Made by a program: the position numbers and the translations under genes | NCBI GenBank assembly: GCA_951406725.2 | Contig: OX597827.1 | Span: 49,972,001 to 50,036,000 of the forward strand | DNA from: Octopus vulgaris | Taxonomy: Eukaryota | DNA length: 64,000 bases | Direction: 5' to 3' | In this document: positions 35,510-49,170 of the stretch, one piece after another | Position numbering within the stretch: position 1 is the first letter of the stretch | How the letters are laid out: each line of letters starts with the position of its first letter | The notes under the pieces: generated by a model | Databases searched by the model: none | Seen by the model: the letters and a program-made list of their open reading frames with translations, nothing else | What the model was told of the DNA's origin: nothing

Positions 35510-36272
35510 GTATGTTTGCTACCATTTAAAATCCCTATCTTTGCTTTTATTTTATTTTTAGGTCGAAACATTTCCTTCTCATCAAAATTTTTTCAAGTAC
35601 AGAGACTCTATGGCAGTGTTTTCCAACTGGCCATACAATCCTCACCCAAGTTGAGTCAGGGCATAATTCTGAAAAGGTTACTAAGATAATATCCTTTACT
35701 TTTGCAATATTTCATAAAATGCACAATGTTCATGAATATATTACACAATAAGCCTTAAGCAAAAATTTCTACAATACATTATTTACTGCAAACAAATTCT
35801 GGAAAATGCACCTTACTGAAATGTCAAAAAGGGCTGAGGAATTACTGAGCTTCTGAAGTGACTCTTAATACTAAAAGTTGAAGACATTTTATTTAAACAT
35901 TTAGGTACTGCTCAGTTTGAAATAGGCATCAAACAATTTTGTACTTTATCAGTTAATAACACTGATGGAATAATGTTTTGGGATTTTAACTTTATCTTTG
36001 TAATCAGTTTATGTATTTTTTATATTGCATTGGACTATCTTCTTAGAAACATTGAGTTTAAAATGTTTTGTTGAAATTTTGTTTTGGAATACTTAATTCA
36101 ACGTGCCTGCAAAACTTCAGAGGAGAATGTTAAAGTCAACAATAGTTTTTAAAATCAAGGTGATTCTTTTTGTGACAAAAAAGCAGTGCAATGATCTGAT
36201 AACAGAAAATCCTATGCAGAGATCCTCCACAATACAAGAACCCTAGTTATAGAGGCGATTGAATTTATTTAA

Positions 36273-36494
36273 CCCTTTAGCATTTAAACTGGCCATATCC
36301 AGCCAAAAGTATTCTGCTTGTTTTATGTTCAAACTGGCCATATCTGATCTCTCACACCAACCCTACAATATCATCTTAAAAATTAACAGCTACCCCATCA
36401 AAATCTCATAACTACAAGATAATGCATGATTGGTTCAAAACAATGTGGATAAAAAAAGCATTAGTTTTGGCAGAATAATGTGAACACTAAAGGG
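36273..36494. mobile_element. piggyBac-type MITE, second family
   Basis: TTAA|CCCTTTAG...CTAAAGGG|TTAA. Confidence 0.85.
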
Positions 36495-37140
36495 TTAAAA
36501 AAAAAATCATAGAAAAGTATCTTAGTTTATAAAACAGCCAATAGGAAAATAGGTATTGCATTGCAAAATCTATCAGCCACTATTACATACAGTGAAGCTT
36601 TCGGGAGATTGCTGTACTATGATATTTTTTAAATTTTGGGAGCACCACATGGTTTCAATTGCTGGCTTTAACTAACAATGAATACCATATGGTGTCTCCA
36701 GTTCATCCTCCTCCACGAATACTTTCTCTTTTTATTTCTGTTTTACATTTAACTGTGGTTGAAATGATTTTACTGGAGTAATTGTTTATACAGCTGGCAG
36801 CACTTCCTCAAGCAGGTCAATCACTCAAGCAGAATTAGGTAGCTTGTTTAGAGACGCAACATAATTTGAATTAATTTAGATTTCCTTGCATCAACTTATT
36901 AAAAGATATTTAAAAAAAAAAATTTTTTTTAGCTATTGCCCTTAACTTTGCGTAATTAAAATATTGCTTAGTGTTCACCACGCCCCTACACAGATATCAT
37001 CTTGATTAATTAAAGCTTGATTAATTAAAGCTGTAAGGTTTGCCACTTTAGTTACTATGTATTTTCCATATAGACAATATTTCTGGGTAGTTATTTCCCT
37101 TCGGCTTTCTGTTTTGTCATTCCACCATATGTACATATAT

Positions 37141-37375
37141 ATTTCTTTACTGCCCACAAGGGGCTAAACATAGAGAGGACAAACAAGGACAGACAAACAG
37201 ATTTAAGTCGATTACATCGGCCCCCAGTCCGTAACTGGTACTTAATTTATCGACCCCAAAAGGATAAAATGCAAAGTCGACATCGGCGGAATTTGAACTC
37301 AGAAAGTAATGGCAGACGAAATATGGCTACGCATTTCGCCCTGTGTGCTAACGTTTCTACCAGCTCACCGCCTTG
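37141..37375 (-). mobile_element. SINE family C
   Basis: Family sequence on the minus strand. Confidence 0.85.
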
Positions 37376-37558
37376 CCATATGTACATATATGCATACAGT
37401 GTACCCCAGCTTATTCGTGGTTCCAATTATTTGCGGATCTAATAAATGCTAATTAACCACCACATATTTGCAGAATCGTAAATATTGTCTGCAATTTTTT
37501 ATGGCTTTTTTCATGGTAATATATATTTTTTCACACTTTAAGTCTAAATTATTAACAA

Positions 37559-37600
37559 CTAGCAGAGATACCTGGCCTTGCTCGGGATTAAAATGGCATA
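37559..37600 (-). mobile_element. Helitron 3' terminus
   Basis: Minus strand ATCCCGAGCAAGGCCAGGTATCTCTGCTAG|T: a degenerate GC hairpin shortly before the CTAG end. Confidence 0.55.
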
Positions 37601-37609
37601 GTTTTTTTT

Positions 37610-37905
37610 TATTGTTTTACTTGTTTTAATCATGTGACCATGGCCATGTTGGAGCACCACCGTTGGTCGAAGAAATTGAACACAGGATTTATTCTTTGTA
37701 AGCCTAGTACTTATTCTATCAGTGTGTTTTATGGGAACGTAAACACAGCAACATCGGTTGTCAAGCAATGGTGGTGGTACAAACACAGACACACGCGCAC
37801 GCACACACACACACACACACACACACAAATATAGGCATATATATGAGTCTTCTTTCAGTTTCCATGTACGAAATCCACTCACAAGGCTTTGGTCAACCTG
37901 AGGAT
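37610..37905 (-). mobile_element. SINE family B, head missing
   Basis: Family tail and core on the minus strand. Confidence 0.8.
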
Positions 37906-37909
37906 TTAA

Positions 37910-37953
<44 letters not shown>

Positions 37954-38066
37954 TATGATATATATGTATGTATATACACAAACACACACACACACATACA
38001 TATATGGCTAAAATTTGCTCTGTTTATAATAATATCATATGTTAACATGCATATGTATATCCATAT

Positions 38067-38101
<35 letters not shown>

Positions 38102-38659
38102 TGACTGAAAATTCTAAGATTTTTCAATTCTATTTCACTGTTATCAGCATTTGTTGTTTCATTAAATTACGTTACCCCAAATCCCAAAAGAATATTTTTC
38201 TCCCTCCTGTTCTATCCTTGACCTGCCTAACTCTGGTCCCTGTCTCTCTCCCTCTCTCTCTCTCTCTCTGTTTCGATAACCACTTGCTTCTCCAACACCT
38301 CCCCCTCCTCCACCACCCCACCCTATATAAACTTGCTTACTCAGGTTCTGTTACTTCATCTTAATAACTCTGGCAAAAGAATACAAATCCAGATGTTCTC
38401 TAATTTTGCTATTTCGCAATATGCCTGCCCTCCTTCCCATCCCCACCACCTGTACCGGAAGCCCCTATCCTCTGACATCCTTTGGTTTTCTCCCATGAAC
38501 ACTTCTAAAGGCTTAACGCCATCCACACCCCTACTTAGGGTTTATCTCTTATGTAAGGTAGTGATCATATAGTGCAAAAATATGATAGTGTAGTGTATGC
38601 AGGTTGAATTGAAGGCTATTTGTTTGTTTATGAATTCTGCCAAATGCGAGCTTTCTTTT

Positions 38660-40626
38660 CAGGTACATGACGCTGCTGTCCCTCGTCCTAGGGTCTCACA
38701 GGCCCACACCTCCCACACCCTCAGGGTTGTCACACTCAACGTGATCACACTGAAGGGTAGGTCTGGTGAGATTGTTGAGGTGCTTGAACGGAGACGTGTA
38801 GATTTGTGCTGCATCCAAGAAGTAAGGTGGAGAGGAGGTTCCACTAGGTTCCTCACTGGCAAAGAACATAGGTACAAAAATTTCTGGGCAGGGAACACTA
38901 ACGGGGTCAGGGGTGTGGGTATACTTCTTGCAGAGAAATGGGTTGATAAGGTAATCAAGGTAGTCAGAGTCTGTGATAGAATATGTAAGTTTAGATTAGT
39001 GCTACATCACGGGTTAGCCTATGCCCTCAGCTGGGGCTACCTGATGGACAGAAAAACCGATTTTATTACAACCTCCTGCTGAATGACAGAGACCTTCTCT
39101 TTGTGGCTGGTGACATCAATGGACATGTTGGACAACATGCAGGAGGATTCCATGGCGTACATGGAGCCTATGGTTTTGGTTCCCACAATGAGGAGGGAAC
39201 CAGGCTGCTGGAGTTCTGCGATGCAAATGGTCTTATGGTTTGCAATACTAACTTCAGGAAACCTGTCAGTCACATAGTCACATACCAATCTGGTAGACAC
39301 ACAAGCCAAATTGACTACATCCTCACTAGAAAAAGGAAAAGATGGCTGCTTATAAATGCCAAAACCTTCCCAGGCGAAGAATGTACCCCACAACATAGAC
39401 TAGTAGTTAGCGACTTCAGGATCAGGGCTAAATGGATGCCCAGAAGACGAACAGCATGGAGAGAAGGGGCTGGTAGCTTAAAGATCCTGTGAATGGACAG
39501 AGATTTAGATACATATTACCTGAGGCTATTGACAAAATAGAGGGGGATATAGCATCACATGATGTGGAAGACAACTGGAGGTTTCTATGGAACAACCTGC
39601 TGATGGTAATGTGGTGGTGGAACAATATTATTAACAGGGCCATTAGGGGAAAGAAACAGGCTTGGAAGGACTGGAGGAATGGTGGTTGCAGGGAATTGTA
39701 TCAGACTACCAGAAGGGAAGCTAGGAGACAGGTTTATTTAGCCAGAGGAGAAGCTGATAAGAATAGTCAACTGCTACAAAGGTAAAGGTGATGCTTTAGA
39801 TAAAATTATTACAGCGGTATCAAGTTGTTGGATCAGGTAATGAAAGTCACGGAGAGGCTCATAGCCCAACTAATTAGGGAGAGAGTCAGTTTAGATGAGA
39901 TGCAGTTTGGGTTCATACCAGGCAGCTGCAGCACCACTGATGCTATATTTCTGTTACGACAGCTGGAGGAGAAATACCTAGCCAAAGATACCTGGCTTTT
40001 GTTGACTTGGAGAAAGACTTTGATAGGATCACCTGATCCCTTATTTGGTGGTCAATGAGGAAACTAGGGATAGATGAATGGCTAGTGAGAGCTGTGCAAG
40101 CCATGTACAGGGATGCTGTCAGTTAGGTGAGGGTTGGCAACGAGTACAGTGAAGAATTCCGGGTAGGGATAGGGGTACGTCAAGGATCAGTCCTCAACCC
40201 CCTCTTATTCATCATAGTTCTCCAGGTAATAACAGAGGAATTCAAGACAGGATGCCCCTGGGAGCTCCTCTATGCTGATGACCTTGCTCTAATTGCTGAG
40301 TCACTCTCAGAACTAAAGGAAAAGTTTCAGGTGTGGAAGCAAGGATTAGAATCAAAGGGCCTTAGAGTCAACCTAGCTAAAACAAAAGTCTTAATAAGTA
40401 GTAAGGCGGACAAGCCACAAATCTCTTCAGGTAGATGACCCTGCTCGATCTGTAGAAAGGGCATAGGTAGAAACTCCATAAGATGTACCCAATGTAAGCT
40501 ATAGACACATAAGAGGTGCTGCAATATCAAAGGAAGGCTAACTGGGAAGATAGTTTTTGTGTGTGGCAAATGCTCAGGAGCAATAAACAATGAAAATGTG
40601 CAGAGAACAGCTTCTGTCACATTCCT
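38660..40626 (+). mobile_element. RTE LINE (APE endonuclease + RT + Cys-rich finger), pseudogenised, 3'-truncated, intronic
   Basis: TLNV..LKGR, CCIQEVRW, AGDINGHVG, SQIDYIL, QHRLVV, MQFGF, GVRQGSVLNPLLF, LLYADDL, CSICRKG..RNSIRCTQC; frameshifts and deletions. Confidence 0.93.
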
Positions 40627-40914
40627 TGTTTCTGCCTGTCTCTGTCTCTTTTGTTTACTCTTGTGGATTCAATTTGGGAGAGAAGAAGACAAGAATGTGG
40701 GAGTGGTGTAATAGTAGGATGTTAAATAGTCAAGTGCCCTGAAAGTGACTTGTTGTGGATGGTAGTAATGACTGAATTCTTGAGATAGTAGTAAAGTAAG
40801 GAAGGAGGTGGTGGAGAGGAAGAAGATGAAGGGTTATTGTGCTTTACACATAATCAACTTTGTATTAAAAAAAAAAAATTTACCAAACTACAGAGTTACT
40901 TTGATTTATTTCAG

Positions 40915-41088
40915 ATGATGACAGCAGTATTTCATCATTGATTCGTGGGGGTCCAGAACCACATGAGAAAACTGCTTGGATTCAAATTATTAATGTGCGT
41001 AAAGTTCATGAAGCTGACTACACCTGTGTTGCTTTCAATGAGTTGGGTAAAGATAAAGCAACTGCCCGTATCAAAGTCAAGGATGGAG
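40915..41088 (+). CDS. IGFBP7: IGFBP7/IGFBP-rP1-family protein, Ig domain C-half (internal exon, phase 1-1)
   Basis: tttatttcag| ... |gttagt, 174 nt. DDDSSISSLIRGGPEPHEKTAWIQIINVRKVHEADYTCVAFNELGKDKATARIKV contains the family-diagnostic RGGPE.HE.T.W and the Ig motif D-Y-x-C. Confidence 0.92.
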
Positions 41089-41178
41089 GTTAGTATAATT
41101 TCATAATTAAATCATCTTTCACTCTCTTTTTGTTGCTCTTTGTGATTTTATTTTTTTCTGATATTTAGTTTCAGTTTG

Positions 41179-41208
<30 letters not shown>

Positions 41209-41211
<3 letters not shown>

Positions 41212-41589
41212 AAGCACTCCGTCGGTTCCGATGACGAGGGTTCCGGTTGATCCGATCAACGGAACAGCCTGCTCATGAAATTAACGTGTAAGTGGCTGAG
41301 CACTCCACAGACACGTGTACCCTTAACGTAGTTCTCGGGGATATTCAGCGTGACACAGAGAGTGACAAGGCCGGCCCTTTGAAATACAGGTACAACAGAA
41401 ACAGGAAGTAAGAGAGAGAGAGTTGTGGTGAAAGAGTACAACAGGGATCACCACCATCCCCTGCCGGAGCCTCATGGAGCTTTAGGTGTTTTCGCTCAAT
41501 AAACACTCACAACGCCCGGTCTGGGAATCGAAACCGCGATCCTACGACCGCGAGTCCGCTGCCCTAACAACTGGGCCATTGCGCCTCCA
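41209..41589 (-). mobile_element. tRNA-derived SINE family A, full length, in (TA)n
   Basis: Near-identical reverse complement of 2296-2678. Confidence 0.9.
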
Positions 41590-42189
41590 TATATATATAC
41601 AAACATATACACGTTTGTATATGTGTATATTAATATATACACTGTATTTATTCACCAGTGTTTTCATTTATGTGTGTGCATATGTATGCATGCATATCAT
41701 TCCCTTATTTTAATTTTCTTTGTTTGTGTATTTATTTATTCATTGTAGAGCTACTTAACAGGCAAAGCATTTGAAAAATATATATTATTCATATATATAT
41801 ATAAATATATATATAAAATATATACATACAATATTAGATATGTACATATATACATAAGGGTACTAAATGAGTACCTATATCGCTAATGATAGAAGTCAAA
41901 AAATACTTCTGTACCCCCAAATAGTCACAAATCTATTAGAGACAAGATAGGAAAAAATATCAGTGAACAATAATAATTTATTATTAATAATTCGCTTACC
42001 ACTTGTGATAGTATTTTAATAATACACACGCATACACACACATATAATGATAATAATAAAAGGCGATGCATGGACAGTAGCAGTTCAATCCTGTCAACAA
42101 TCAGGTCATCGGTGACTAAGCTGGCAACTCCACCAAGTTTGTTTGGTGTGGAGGACGATTTTTGGACATCCTGTGGGAGATAAAAGAAG

Positions 42190-42480
42190 ACCCTCTCTTT
42201 TCATGAAAAGAGTCAGTGGCCACTCAATTCTGTACAAGCATGCTTCTTTTAAATTCCTGCTGATTTGTGGGTACCTATTGGCAAGAAAAGTCTTAGAGAA
42301 AGCACTCTAAAATCATTTTTGTAGCTACCTATAAAAATGAAATTGACCACATCCTGATCAACAAACAACACATACTGCAGGGCATCCTGGTAATAATACC
42401 ATTCAACACAGGAAGTGATCAATACTTGCTACTGGTGAAGATTGTGATCAATGAAATTAAAAAGAAAAAGGCTTTAAGCA
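42190..42480 (+). mobile_element. Old RTE-type endonuclease fragment
   Basis: YKNEIDHILINK..IL..I.V...FNTGSDQYLL (IDHI and SDH motifs). Confidence 0.6.
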
Positions 42481-43085
42481 TATCAATGAAAAATCAATGT
42501 GTCAAGGCCTTTGATGTGATGCTACCAAGCGGAAGGTTTGGAGTCAGCTTAGAAAGCTTGATAAGGATTACAATTCACTGGTACAGAAAATTTAAAGCTG
42601 CATGTGAAAGGCAAAAACTGCTGGCAGAAGAATCTCAGAGGAGTGGAAGAAAATTCTAGAATAACAGAAACCTATGAAGAGGAATATGAAAGATAACCTC
42701 GAGTAATCTGTTCTGCGAAAAGTGATCAGATGAGACCTCAGAAATTACTGAAAATTAAAGATTGACATAGCTGATACACCCTATGGATCACAATGTAGGT
42801 TCAAGGTGACAGACAAAGGGGTGATGAAAGAGACATTCATGTATATATGTGTGTGTATGTGCATGTGTGTGTATACATATATATTTAGTACACTCGGTAA
42901 TGCAATTGCAATGCAATAAAAAACACCGATGTTAGTTCCCTGTGACTGTGCCCAGTGGTGGGCTTACATTTTGGCTAACAAGAATGTGTTTGCTTGTGGG
43001 TGTGAGCACCAACTGGCTAGTAAAGCTTTGCTTTCTTTTTATATAATATGAGAGAATGTGTGAGTGTATGTATGTAGATATACAG

Positions 43086-43578
43086 CATCATCATCATCGT
43101 TTAACGTCCGCTTTCCATGCTAGCATGGGTTGGACGATTTTGACTGAGGGCTGGCGAACCAGATGGCTGCACCAGGCTCCAATCTTGATCTGGCAGAGTT
43201 TCTACAGCTGGATGCCCTTCCTAACGCCAACCACTCCGGTACTGGCGGTACTGGCAATGACCTCGCTCGAATCTTTTACACTTGTCACTGGCACAGGTGC
43301 CAGTAAGGCAATGCTGGTAACAATCACGCTCGAATGGTGTTTTTACGTGCCACCGGCATGGAGGCCAGATAGCTGCCCTGGCAATGATCACGCTCGGATC
43401 GTGCTCTTTAAGGCGACGCTGGTAACAATCATGCTCAACTGGTGCCTATTAAGTGCCACTGGCACGGAAGCTGGTTAGCCGCTCTGTCAATGATCACATG
43501 CGTATGGTACTCTTTGCACCCCACTAGCACGGACGCCAGTCATCGAATTTGGTTTTGATTTTGATTTGATTTTTGATT
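43086..43578 (-). mobile_element. RTE LINE 3' UTR
   Basis: (CAT)n head on the plus strand followed by family sequence; ends about 30 bp before the last exon's acceptor. Confidence 0.85.
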
Positions 43579-43607
43579 TATAATAAATTCTTTTCTTTTA
43601 TTTGCAG

Positions 43608-43654
43608 AACACAAAAAAAGAAGAACTAAGCGAAGAAATCCTGACGTAAATTAA
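43608..43654 (+). CDS. IGFBP7: IGFBP7-family terminal coding exon (EHKKRRTKRRNPDVN*)
   Basis: ttcttttcttttatttgcag| acceptor; phase 1 is compatible with the previous exon; TAA at 43652-43654; followed by repeat-free AT-rich sequence with AATAAA. Confidence 0.7.
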
Positions 43655-44945
43655 GTTTGTTTTCACAATATTTCTAAAACATACAGAAGAAAAGCAGACA
43701 ATCTATTGACAAGATGTTATTAATTCATAATGTGCTCTATGAATTAAACTTGTCTCTATAATTCAGAGACACAATATGTAATTTAGAGAAAATAAATATA
43801 AATATAAATAAATATAATACTGCAATTAAACATGATAGCAATTTTAATCACATGCTATATTTAGGTTTTCCTTATAGATACAAAATTTCTATTTTTCTGT
43901 TATTTTGTCAAAAATTCAAGTAAAATATCTGAAATAATTTGAAAATGAATTATAGAAATGTTTTTTTCACTAATTGTCTTGTTTTACTTTCTTTACGAGG
44001 AAAAGCAAGTACAGGCCTGAGATTTATTAAATGTATTAAAATCATGTAACAAATTAAACTTCATTAAAAAATTCTTAGAGAAAGTAAACTAGGAAATAAT
44101 TTTTTCTCCTTGACCAGAAAAAAAATAATGAAACAACCTCAAATAAAATATAATCTTACCCATTCTGTGGATGAAATCTGTTTAATTTCATCACTGACTG
44201 AAATTGTAGACAAGAATTTGTAGATGGATGATTAGACTTTCATTCAAATAGACATATGAGCTCACCACAGATTATCTATTTAGTCTTCTATGACTTGAAT
44301 AGAAGAAAATATATAGCCTATCCCCATAACAGTTTCATTTAACCATATGATAATTTGTTCAAAGATTAATATTACATCTTGTTAATAATCATGACCTATA
44401 TGATATCACCAACGGATTTTCAGCCACAATAAAATATTATAAATATGTAATTTATATCTAAGACTTTTGTTTAGGGTCATCATTTTGATGTGCTTGTTAT
44501 GTTCAAAAGTTTGCATCATCTGCAATTATCTAACCACCAATAGCTTTTCTTTTATAATTTATTCAAATTATATTTGAATATTTAGTAGTACAAGCTATAT
44601 CATTTGATATCACACGGAACAAAGGGTATTCAAAAATTTGTTGATACTGCAACAAAGCTGAACAACTGTTATTTGAAATATCTATATCATGAGGTAACTC
44701 TGGAATTCCAATAAACTAATAAAAAGTTACGACAGGTTTGTTCACATGATAATAGATTTTTTTAAGAGAGTGAATGACAACAGTATTGATAAAGTATTAT
44801 ACTTTGCTTTAAATAACAGAAATACCAGCAAGTCTATGGTCTGTCTCAATTGAGGTTAGATGCAGTATTGAAATAACTAAATACAAATGTATTGAAAGTA
44901 AGTTTATGAAACCTGTTTAAATAAAATTGAAGTGAAAAAGTAAAA
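43655..44945 (+). other. Probable 3' UTR with candidate polyA signals (43791, 43807, 44920)
   Basis: ~1.3 kb with no recognisable repeats. AATAAA at 44920 is followed by a U/GU-rich tract near 44956. Confidence 0.4.
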
Positions 44946-46409
44946 AAGAAAAATCTTGTTCTTTTGTTGCTGTATTTCAGACACATACACCTAGTCGTAT
45001 ATACCTAATATCTGCAGATGGCTGATGGCTAATGGCTATTAATATCAGGATTGATGGCTTTTACTGATAAACACTTACTTTTTGTTGGCCCAAACCATTT
45101 CATTGTGATTAGATACAGCTCGCTGTCATAAGTAGTGAAAGTTTGGTTGTCAAATACCAGTTATGTGGTGCTTTTAAAATTGGTAAAACTGCTACGACAC
45201 AAATATTCTCTTGTACTAAAACATGAAACAAAGTTCTCGGCAATTTGGTTTGCCTTGCATTTGGTTACAGTGCTTAGTTTTAATTATAGCCAATATATGA
45301 CTGATGATCTGCAATAATTTTTTCCAATTTTAAATGCATCATATTACTGGCATCACGTCACCAAACTTATCTTTGCTGATGAAATATCAACCATTATCCT
45401 CACACACACACACAGATAAACAAGTTGATAAATAAAAATCTCATGTTGATAATTGATGGTCATCGTCATCATCATCATCATCATTTAATGTCCGTTTTCC
45501 ATGCTGACATGGGTTAGATGGTTTGACCAATGCTTGTAAGCTGGAGAGCTGCACTAGGCACCGGTCACCTGTTTTCACTTGATTCCTATGGCTGGATACC
45601 CTTCCTAACTCCAGATGTGTATTTGATAATTTCAGTTGATATCACAGAGCAATCAGACAGCAATATAAATAAGGTACTTCAAATTAATAACTTCTTTAAA
45701 ACAATATTTCAATTGATTCTACCTCTAAATTATCATCATGCAACCTATTCAAGAATATGTATAATCACTGAGACAGGTACAGGACTCAGAAATTTTATTC
45801 TAAATGTGTTGCTTCTGAGGTCAAGATAGGATTCAATTTAAGACAGGGCATTCATCTAGCTCTAAATACATGCCAAACATTGGTTATTTCAGTAATAAAA
45901 AGTAATAATTGCACTCAGTGTAAAACATCTATAATTTAAAATCTGTCATTCTGAACATGTTGCAATCCTGGTGTCAGAATCTGTTTGGGAGCTGTGAATT
46001 ATGAATAATGACATCTCATTTTGCATACACATTGCAATCACTGACAAGTTATGGATCCTGGAAACATTTAAAGCATGAAATCTTCTTACTCCTTAGGAAG
46101 ATACTTGTACACAGTCATCTTGATTATTACTTGCATTTAAGGCACCTCAAGCTTACTGTTATGATGGAGGCAATCCACTGATCCTCCACAAAGAAGGTTG
46201 CTTCTGGTAGACTTAATTTATTGTTTGGTTTAGTATTAGAGTACCTTATGTTTATGAATTTGTTTCGCAAGATTCTTGATATAAAACTGTGTGTTGAAAA
46301 AATATTCTTATTTCAGGATGGTCATTTTTTCCCCCTTGCCAAATAAACACATGCACTATATATTTGTTCTTGTTTATTATTGTTCTTATTTTATCTGATG
46401 TCCATTGCC

Positions 46410-46518
46410 TTGAAACCTTTCGTCACACACCTGTGACCTCTTCAGTGACTCTTCTATCCTCCTGTTCTGTTTAGTCCATTCTGTCTTTCTATGAAGAGAT
46501 CACAGATGTGTGACAAAA
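46410..46518. ncRNA. Inverted pair of hammerhead-like motifs (Penelope-like fragment related to 9490-9680)
   Basis: Minus strand: CTGAAGA G GTCACA ggtg TGTGAC GAAA. Degenerate + copy ATGAAGA G ATCACA gatg TGTGAC AAAA at 46491-46518. Helix I is decayed. Confidence 0.5.
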
Positions 46519-47305
46519 GATTACTACTATTTTTAACCCCAAGAGGATGCCTTCTCTAGCCGGTTAATGATGCAATCTGCATCCGATATATATTGCAAGC
46601 AGAGAACCACACCCATAACATTTTCTAGCAAATTGACAGGACCACCAGACCAGTATAGTTTCGGGCTATTTTTACCTATCCTCAGTGGTGGATACTTGTC
46701 CGCTAGAGATAGCAGTAGTTCGCTCCAGCTCGCAATATATAGAAAGAAATATGTAACCATTGGTCACTGATCTTGCAACAAACAAAGTAGCTAGTAAGAA
46801 AATCTTTACTTTGCATTTATCGAATTGAGCGTACCACCTGCTCCAGATTGAGTTGGTATCTCATATACTTTGACATATTTTCTGTTATTTTGTTCTAAAC
46901 CAGTTGTATTTAATGAGCTTTCTGCAATCAGGGGGCACAAGCATCTTAGTTTTCTTGATTTTATCTCTTCTTTCTTGTTCCATTTTTTGCATCAACCTTC
47001 TTCACGTTTTCTTCCATGCATTTTTCTTTATTTTTTTTTACTGTCTAGCATCCTTGTTTTTAATATATATATATATACAGAAGATGAGGTACCAAATATA
47101 ATGCATAAACAGAGCCTGAAAGATTGCTTTAAGATACATGGCATATTCTATAACCATACCTGTTCAAGTATCATAATAACATGAAACTAGCTCTTTCGGT
47201 TGTGCATTTAAACTGATATATATATATATCAATTTAAATGTTGAACGATGAAAATTAGTGCACAACGCCACATTGGTGGACATAATTTCTTTACTTGTAA
47301 ATTAA

Positions 47306-47370
47306 AACTACCATTGGTTTCATGCTAAGAAAAGTAGGGAAATATCATAGTGTTAACAATTTTTCAAGCC
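47306..47370 (-). ncRNA. Type-I hammerhead motif, U3-A8 variant
   Basis: Minus strand: ggc TTGAAAA ATTGTTAA..TTAGCAT GAAA CCAATGG TA gtt. Confidence 0.45.
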
Positions 47371-48035
47371 AACTACATGGAGAAAGGCCTCGTGTAGTTC
47401 GCGGAGATTCTCGTGAATTCACATGCATAAACAATGAATCAATGGACGTTACTTTTGGGTGGTATCTTTTGGGTAAAATGTAAACAAATCTGCTACAATT
47501 AATTGTAATATAAATATACATTTTAGAACCACAATTCAACTGTAATACCAGTAGAGGTGAGTATAAGACCAAAATTCAATTTGATTAAAAAAGTAACGCT
47601 ATCACCTTCAACTGAATACCAACACAGACAGCTTGTTTGAATTAGTTCACTTTGAAAACATCGTAAGAGCTGGACCCTTGATGAAATTACAGTGACTAAG
47701 ATGCATAATTGTATACAGAACAATGTGAACTTGCTGCAGTTAAAACATGGTCATTGTTATATATGCTGTAAAAAACACTTTAATAAAAAAAAAAGTTTTG
47801 GATCTGAATAAATCTCCATTTTCTTCTTGGTTTTCAATTATACACATACGCACACATGCACATACACAACTATATATAATTATATAAATATAATAATAGT
47901 AATAAGGGCACAAATGAATAGCGTCACATGCTAGAAATAGATGCCAAATGGCTCTAAGAACTACAGTTACTTACTCCATTAGCACGGATTGAAAGCGAGG
48001 AAAGTGAATAAATAAGATTTCTTAAAAGAGGTTTA

Positions 48036-48093
48036 ACTTTAAATCGATTTCTGGTTTAGAGATGTAAAATCTCCCTACCTTCATCAGTATAGT
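48036..48093 (-). ncRNA. Type-I hammerhead motif, canonical core
   Basis: Minus strand: actata CTGATGA A GGT..GGAGAT tttac ATCTCT..ACC A GAAA TCGA TT taaagt; helix III palindrome ATCGAT. Confidence 0.65.
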
Positions 48094-48132
48094 AGGACCA
48101 GTTGCACATAATTATAAAGATAAACTAACAGT

Positions 48133-48164
<32 letters not shown>

Positions 48165-48216
48165 CTGTGTGTGTGTATGTGCACGCATATATGGGTACAA
48201 GACGTCACTAACAGTA

Positions 48217-48268
<52 letters not shown>

Positions 48269-49081
48269 TACATATATGTATACATATATACATACATACA
48301 TGTATATATATATATAAATATATGCAGATATACATACATATATGTACATACCTACATATATATGTATATATACATGCATGTATGGGTACAGGACATCAAA
48401 AAAGCGTTGAACACAATGAGAAACGAAAATATAAAAACAACATAGAAAACAAACTTTTTTTTGAACAATGGAAAAAACAAACAGAGAAACGAGACATGCA
48501 ACATAAAGAATATTCCTCTTCATCAGTCATCCCTGTTTCATCTACTCTGCGTTCCGAAGGTAAGGACAATACGTGACTTCGTTGAAACAGTCCTTCCTGC
48601 AAAGCAAATTAAATAAAATTTGGAATTTTTGTGCGGAGGGTGAAAGTGGAGAGTGAGAACAAGACAGTAAAAACAAACTGATGAAGGGGAATGATGTGGG
48701 CGACCCCCTTAATTATCAGCTAACATCTTGTTTTAAGTTTTCCCCTACTAAACCTCATGATATTGCTTAAAATAAATCTTGCTTTTTTATGACTATACCA
48801 ACTAGAATGTATGTCTACTCCTTCAGCCATACCCCTAACAGATACTGCCCTCTATTCTCGCAGCCTTAGATATACAAGGGATTTGATAAACTAGTCTATA
48901 AATTAAAACTGAACCCATAAAGACAAAAAAATCAGTGACAGGCAGTGTCTTCTTGATAATTTTAGTAACTTCTAAGTAGAGACAACATGTTCTTTGTCTA
49001 TCTCCTTAACTTCTTGGAGATTTTATGTATAATTATACTAATGTGTCTATCTGTTCTAATTTAATTAAATTCTATGTCTTT

Positions 49082-49170
49082 GTGTGGCTGAAGATTGCTC
49101 TACATTTTAAATTGATGTAATGATTGCATTGTTCAATTAAATGGGGTTGCATGAAACGATCGTACGGCAT
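49082..49170 (+). ncRNA. Type-I hammerhead motif with long helix II
   Basis: gtgtgg CTGAAGA TTGC..aattga..tcaatt..GCAT GAAA CGATCG TA cggcat; helix III palindrome ACGATCGT. A related decayed copy lies near 21790-21840 (-). Confidence 0.55.

Noticed and set aside
46533-46860. Possible RLE-type non-LTR C-terminal fragment, and a similar faint signal at 16500-16760
   Set aside because: The motif resemblance is too weak to call without a profile search.
48384-48720. CTGATGA motifs at 48519(-) and 48678(+)
   Set aside because: No correctly placed GAAA or helix III; probably an inverted junction of a repeat fragment.
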